A program made the position numbers and the translations under genes. The notes under the pieces were generated by a model. It had not been told where the DNA came from. It worked only from the letters and a program-made list of their open reading frames with translations, and searched no databases. This document shows, piece after piece, positions 60,864-64,000 of a stretch of 64,000 nt of DNA; position 1 is the first letter of the stretch, and every line of letters begins with the position of its first letter. Origin of the DNA: Raja brachyura (taxonomy: Eukaryota); NCBI GenBank assembly GCA_963514005.1, contig OY740798.1, positions 23,560,001 to 23,624,000 of the forward strand. Direction: 5' to 3'.

Positions 60864-63218
60864 TTAGATTGTGACCCTCACACTCCCTGTAGTCACAGGA
60901 GGTCCTTTTCTGAGGACCTTCAACAAACCCCAAAACTGCCCCAAATCCGAGTCAGAAAGACCACTATCCTTGTTACTAAGGATAGCCTCGAGACTCTCCT
61001 GCACATCTAGAACATCCTCCCACCGCCTTGTAGCGGCAAACCATAATGTTTTGGGAGCACGACTTATTTTTAAGAACTCTCGCACCTCAACAATAAGCTT
61101 CGCCTCAGACACGGCCTTGGAGTCTGGGCTCTCAGCCAACCCGCTCGCACCTGAATCAACAACCTCAGAAAGACCAGAACTGTCTGACAAATCACTCTCT
61201 GTGCCCCCCCACTGGCCGCATCGCTGTCCTCCTCCACAGCCATGACACGACCACCCGGATCAATGCTGGGGGTGGGTCCCAACACCCCTGCCTGAGACTC
61301 GCAGCCCTCTGAATGGCTGGGCTCCTGCACGCTACCATCACCCTCCTCCTCTGGGCCTGGGGAAGCAACAACAAGAGGCATCCCCAGGGCCTGTGGAACA
61401 CTGGCACCCTCGGAGTCTGAAAGAGGATCACGTCCCATAACAGCCCTGACCTCCACATCATCCAGAGTGCCCTCTCCACAGGCATCACCCAGAGAATCAC
61501 CACCTGCCATTAACCTCACCCCAGACAACTCATCCGGTGAGGCATCCCGCCCCCCAGCACCTCCACTGGCACTGATATGGAGCACAGACTTGAACGACAA
61601 CACCCCCGAAACTCCCCCCTCAGCCTGACTCTGCGCATCCCCCGTCACAGAGGGCACACTACCAGAGGAGCCAACCACGTCACCTAACGTGCTAGCACCC
61701 TCAGTAGGCCTCTGAAACGAGGGGACCTCATCCGACCCAGAGGGTACACCCCCAAGGGAGCTAACCACAGCACCCGCCGAGATAACTCCCTCAGAGGGCC
61801 CCTGAAATGAAGGGACAGACTCCCGCCCAGTGGACCTACCTCCACCGGAATCAACTTCAGCACCCAGTCCGGTGACACCCGCTGTAGATCCATGAAGAGA
61901 AGGCCCAACCACCGACCCAGAAGACACCGGGTCAAGACCACTTTCAGCCACCTCAGTGGTGGAAAGCCCGGAGAAAGACATCCCCTTCGCTCTGGACCCA
62001 CGCCCTTCCTCCTCTTCACCAGGCAGATGCCTCCTTTTAGTCCCACTCGCATGCGGAGGTGCGGTAACCTCCATAAGGGAAGGGTCATCCGCCTCCACAT
62101 TACCCCCAACCACTTTGCCACCCACACGTTTAGGCTTCTTGACCCCCTTCCGAGCCACCACAACTCCCCCCTGGGCCCCAGCAGGTGCAGTCTGCACCAC
62201 ACTGGAGCTAAACTCACCCGATTGCACTTTCTTCGCTCGGGCGGCCCTATCCCTCTCCTTCTTCTTATTGTGCTTCCCCTGCTTCTCCCAAAACCCCCCC
62301 CTCAACACTCCCCTCCTCCTGCGCCCCACCTCCATCCACCGCCACAGGCGCAAGACGTAGGGGACGTGGGGGGCTTGGGCTCTCACTGCCCAGGGTCCCC
62401 AAAGCGGAACCTCTGGACCCAGAAGGCTTAGCACTGCCGCCCCGGGTCACCAAGGCAGAACTGGCAACCTCAGCCGGGTCAGCAGTACCACCCCGCGCCG
62501 CTGAGGTTTGACAAGCCACCCCAGATGGGCCAGCAGTGCTTTCCTGGGCCACTGCACTAGAACCTCTAGCAGTACCCCCGCGAAAAAGACACTCCCTACG
62601 GAGATGTCCAAATTCGCCGCACGCATGACACCGTGCCTTGCCCCAACTCCAACGCACGGTTCTGGGTACACCCTTATGCACCACTTCAAAACTCCCCTCG
62701 GCACCATCCCCCTCACCCACCTTCATGAACACCCTCCTCTTGAAACTGAAGACCCCTTTTTCCTCCGGGTCCCCCCCGGGATGCAAGAGACGAAAACATT
62801 TAGACCGCACCTCCCCGAACTTGGACAGGTGTGGAATAAGCACTGCATCCGAAAAATAAGTGGGGCAGCTCCGCAGGAGAACCGGTCTCACCCTGGATAC
62901 CCACGGATCCACCTGTACGTGGACCCCCCCCACTGAGATCCCCTCCTCCAACGCTCGGGCCACACACTCCCGGGTCTTAAGTATCATCTCCACCTTTCCC
63001 CTTTCGAGCTCAGAAGAGACAATAGCCCCCCTCCCAAGAAGTTCATTCATGGCCTTCGTAATTACCCCCCTCGACATCATAGGCCCAGTTTGAACAGAAA
63101 TACCAAAACTGTCCCCATCCAAGTCAACATGAGGCTCAAGCTCAGATGGCCTCGCACCCGCCACTGATGCCGTCGCTGCGTAGGTCCGGACCTTCGGCCG
63201 CGCCCCTTCCATCGCCAT
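60864..63218 (-). pseudogene. Tx1 ORF1 (CCHC zinc knuckle) with two compensating frameshifts
   Basis: MAMEGARPKVRTYAA; CHACGEFGHLRREC; ORFs 62265-63260 and 60864-61190 share a frame and are bridged by 61070-62434. Confidence 0.8.
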
Positions 63219-63742
63219 CCTCACAGAGGCACAAACCAGCTCCAAGCCCCTCAGCAGCACAGCTCCAAGTTAAGTCCCAGAGACAGTCACAGTCAAAGAC
63301 AGGCAGCAGAAAACAGAAACCTCCAGCTGAAGCAGGAAAGTCCCCAGGTTCGTCCACAGCCAAGAGCAGCTTACGGGAAACTCGATCCCAGTCGCGCTGG
63401 ACGCAAAAGTACCTTCTTCACATTAAGCCAGGCAGCCGCACTGAGCAAAATGACTTTAGGGCAGAGAAGCGGTGCCAAAAATGACAAAGACACCGCACAA
63501 CTTCAACCCACTGAGATCACAGGCACTCTTGGCAATCCGCCAACGCCAACCGCACCCTCGACAATGTGGAGAAACTCAGGAATCTTCACACAGATGGAGG
63601 CTCCCCAGACCAGAGAAAAGCTTCAACAGCCCAACAATAAGTTGAACTATGAAGCCCCCCTGGGTCTGTGCCCTCTCCAACGGCAAAATCCTGGAAAGGC
63701 TGCTCCAATCCTTCTCAACTGCAGAGCTGAGAAGAAAACACG

Positions 63743-63815
63743 ACCTCTCCCTCTCTCTCTCTCTCTCTCTTGCTCTCTCTTACTATCTCTCTCTCTCTCT
63801 TACTATCTCTATCCC
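63743..63815. repeat. (TC)n microsatellite, right part
   Basis: Long CT tract directly at the 5' junction of the Tx1 element. Confidence 0.92.
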
Positions 63816-64000
63816 TTTTACCACTGATTCCTGAGAGTTTCCTGAAAACTGAATGGGGTACCAATGTCATATTTATAAATGAGCATGGAGACTGATCAGG
63901 AAAGTGGAATTAAACCAGATAACAATGACATCGCACCAAGCTAAACGGAAACAATTGGAACTGGGGAGTAGAAGATATGCCAATCATGATTTTAAAAATA

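Larger units (their letters stand above)
57106..63742 (-). mobile_element. Tx1-clade non-LTR retrotransposon, apparently full length, in a (TC)n tract
   Basis: ~520-nt 5'UTR, CCHC ORF1, EN-RT-zinc finger ORF2, short 3'UTR, 20-nt poly(A) (T run 57106-57125). Confidence 0.93.

Noticed and set aside
57180-63480. Many + strand ORFs over the Tx1 element
   Set aside because: Antisense shadows of GC-rich coding sequence

Overview
Eukaryotic (vertebrate) genomic DNA. The repeat set (HE1/V-SINE-type SINEs, CR1 LINEs, Penelope-derived palindromes) points to a cartilaginous fish, probably a skate or ray; this is inference. One host gene is visible: the last four coding exons of a + strand USP6NL/RN-tre-like TBC-domain Rab-GAP (9912-9977, 11296-11395, 23030-23182, 43377-45202). 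All splice sites are GT-AG, phases are consistent, and the terminal exon encodes a ~600-aa acidic tail. The rest is mostly transposable elements: two defective Tc1 transposons; a near-intact DIRS-type tyrosine-recombinase retrotransposon (49841-55165) nested in the right TIR of the second Tc1; an apparently full-length Tx1-clade LINE sitting in a (TC)n tract; a non-autonomous Helitron built from two head+minisatellite modules; Penelope-derived repeats with minimal hammerhead-ribozyme cores; and L1, L2, CR1, SINE and MITE relics. No CRISPR, rRNA, tRNA or prokaryotic system is supported. Family assignments come from recalled motifs, not database searches, and boundaries of old repeats are approximate.
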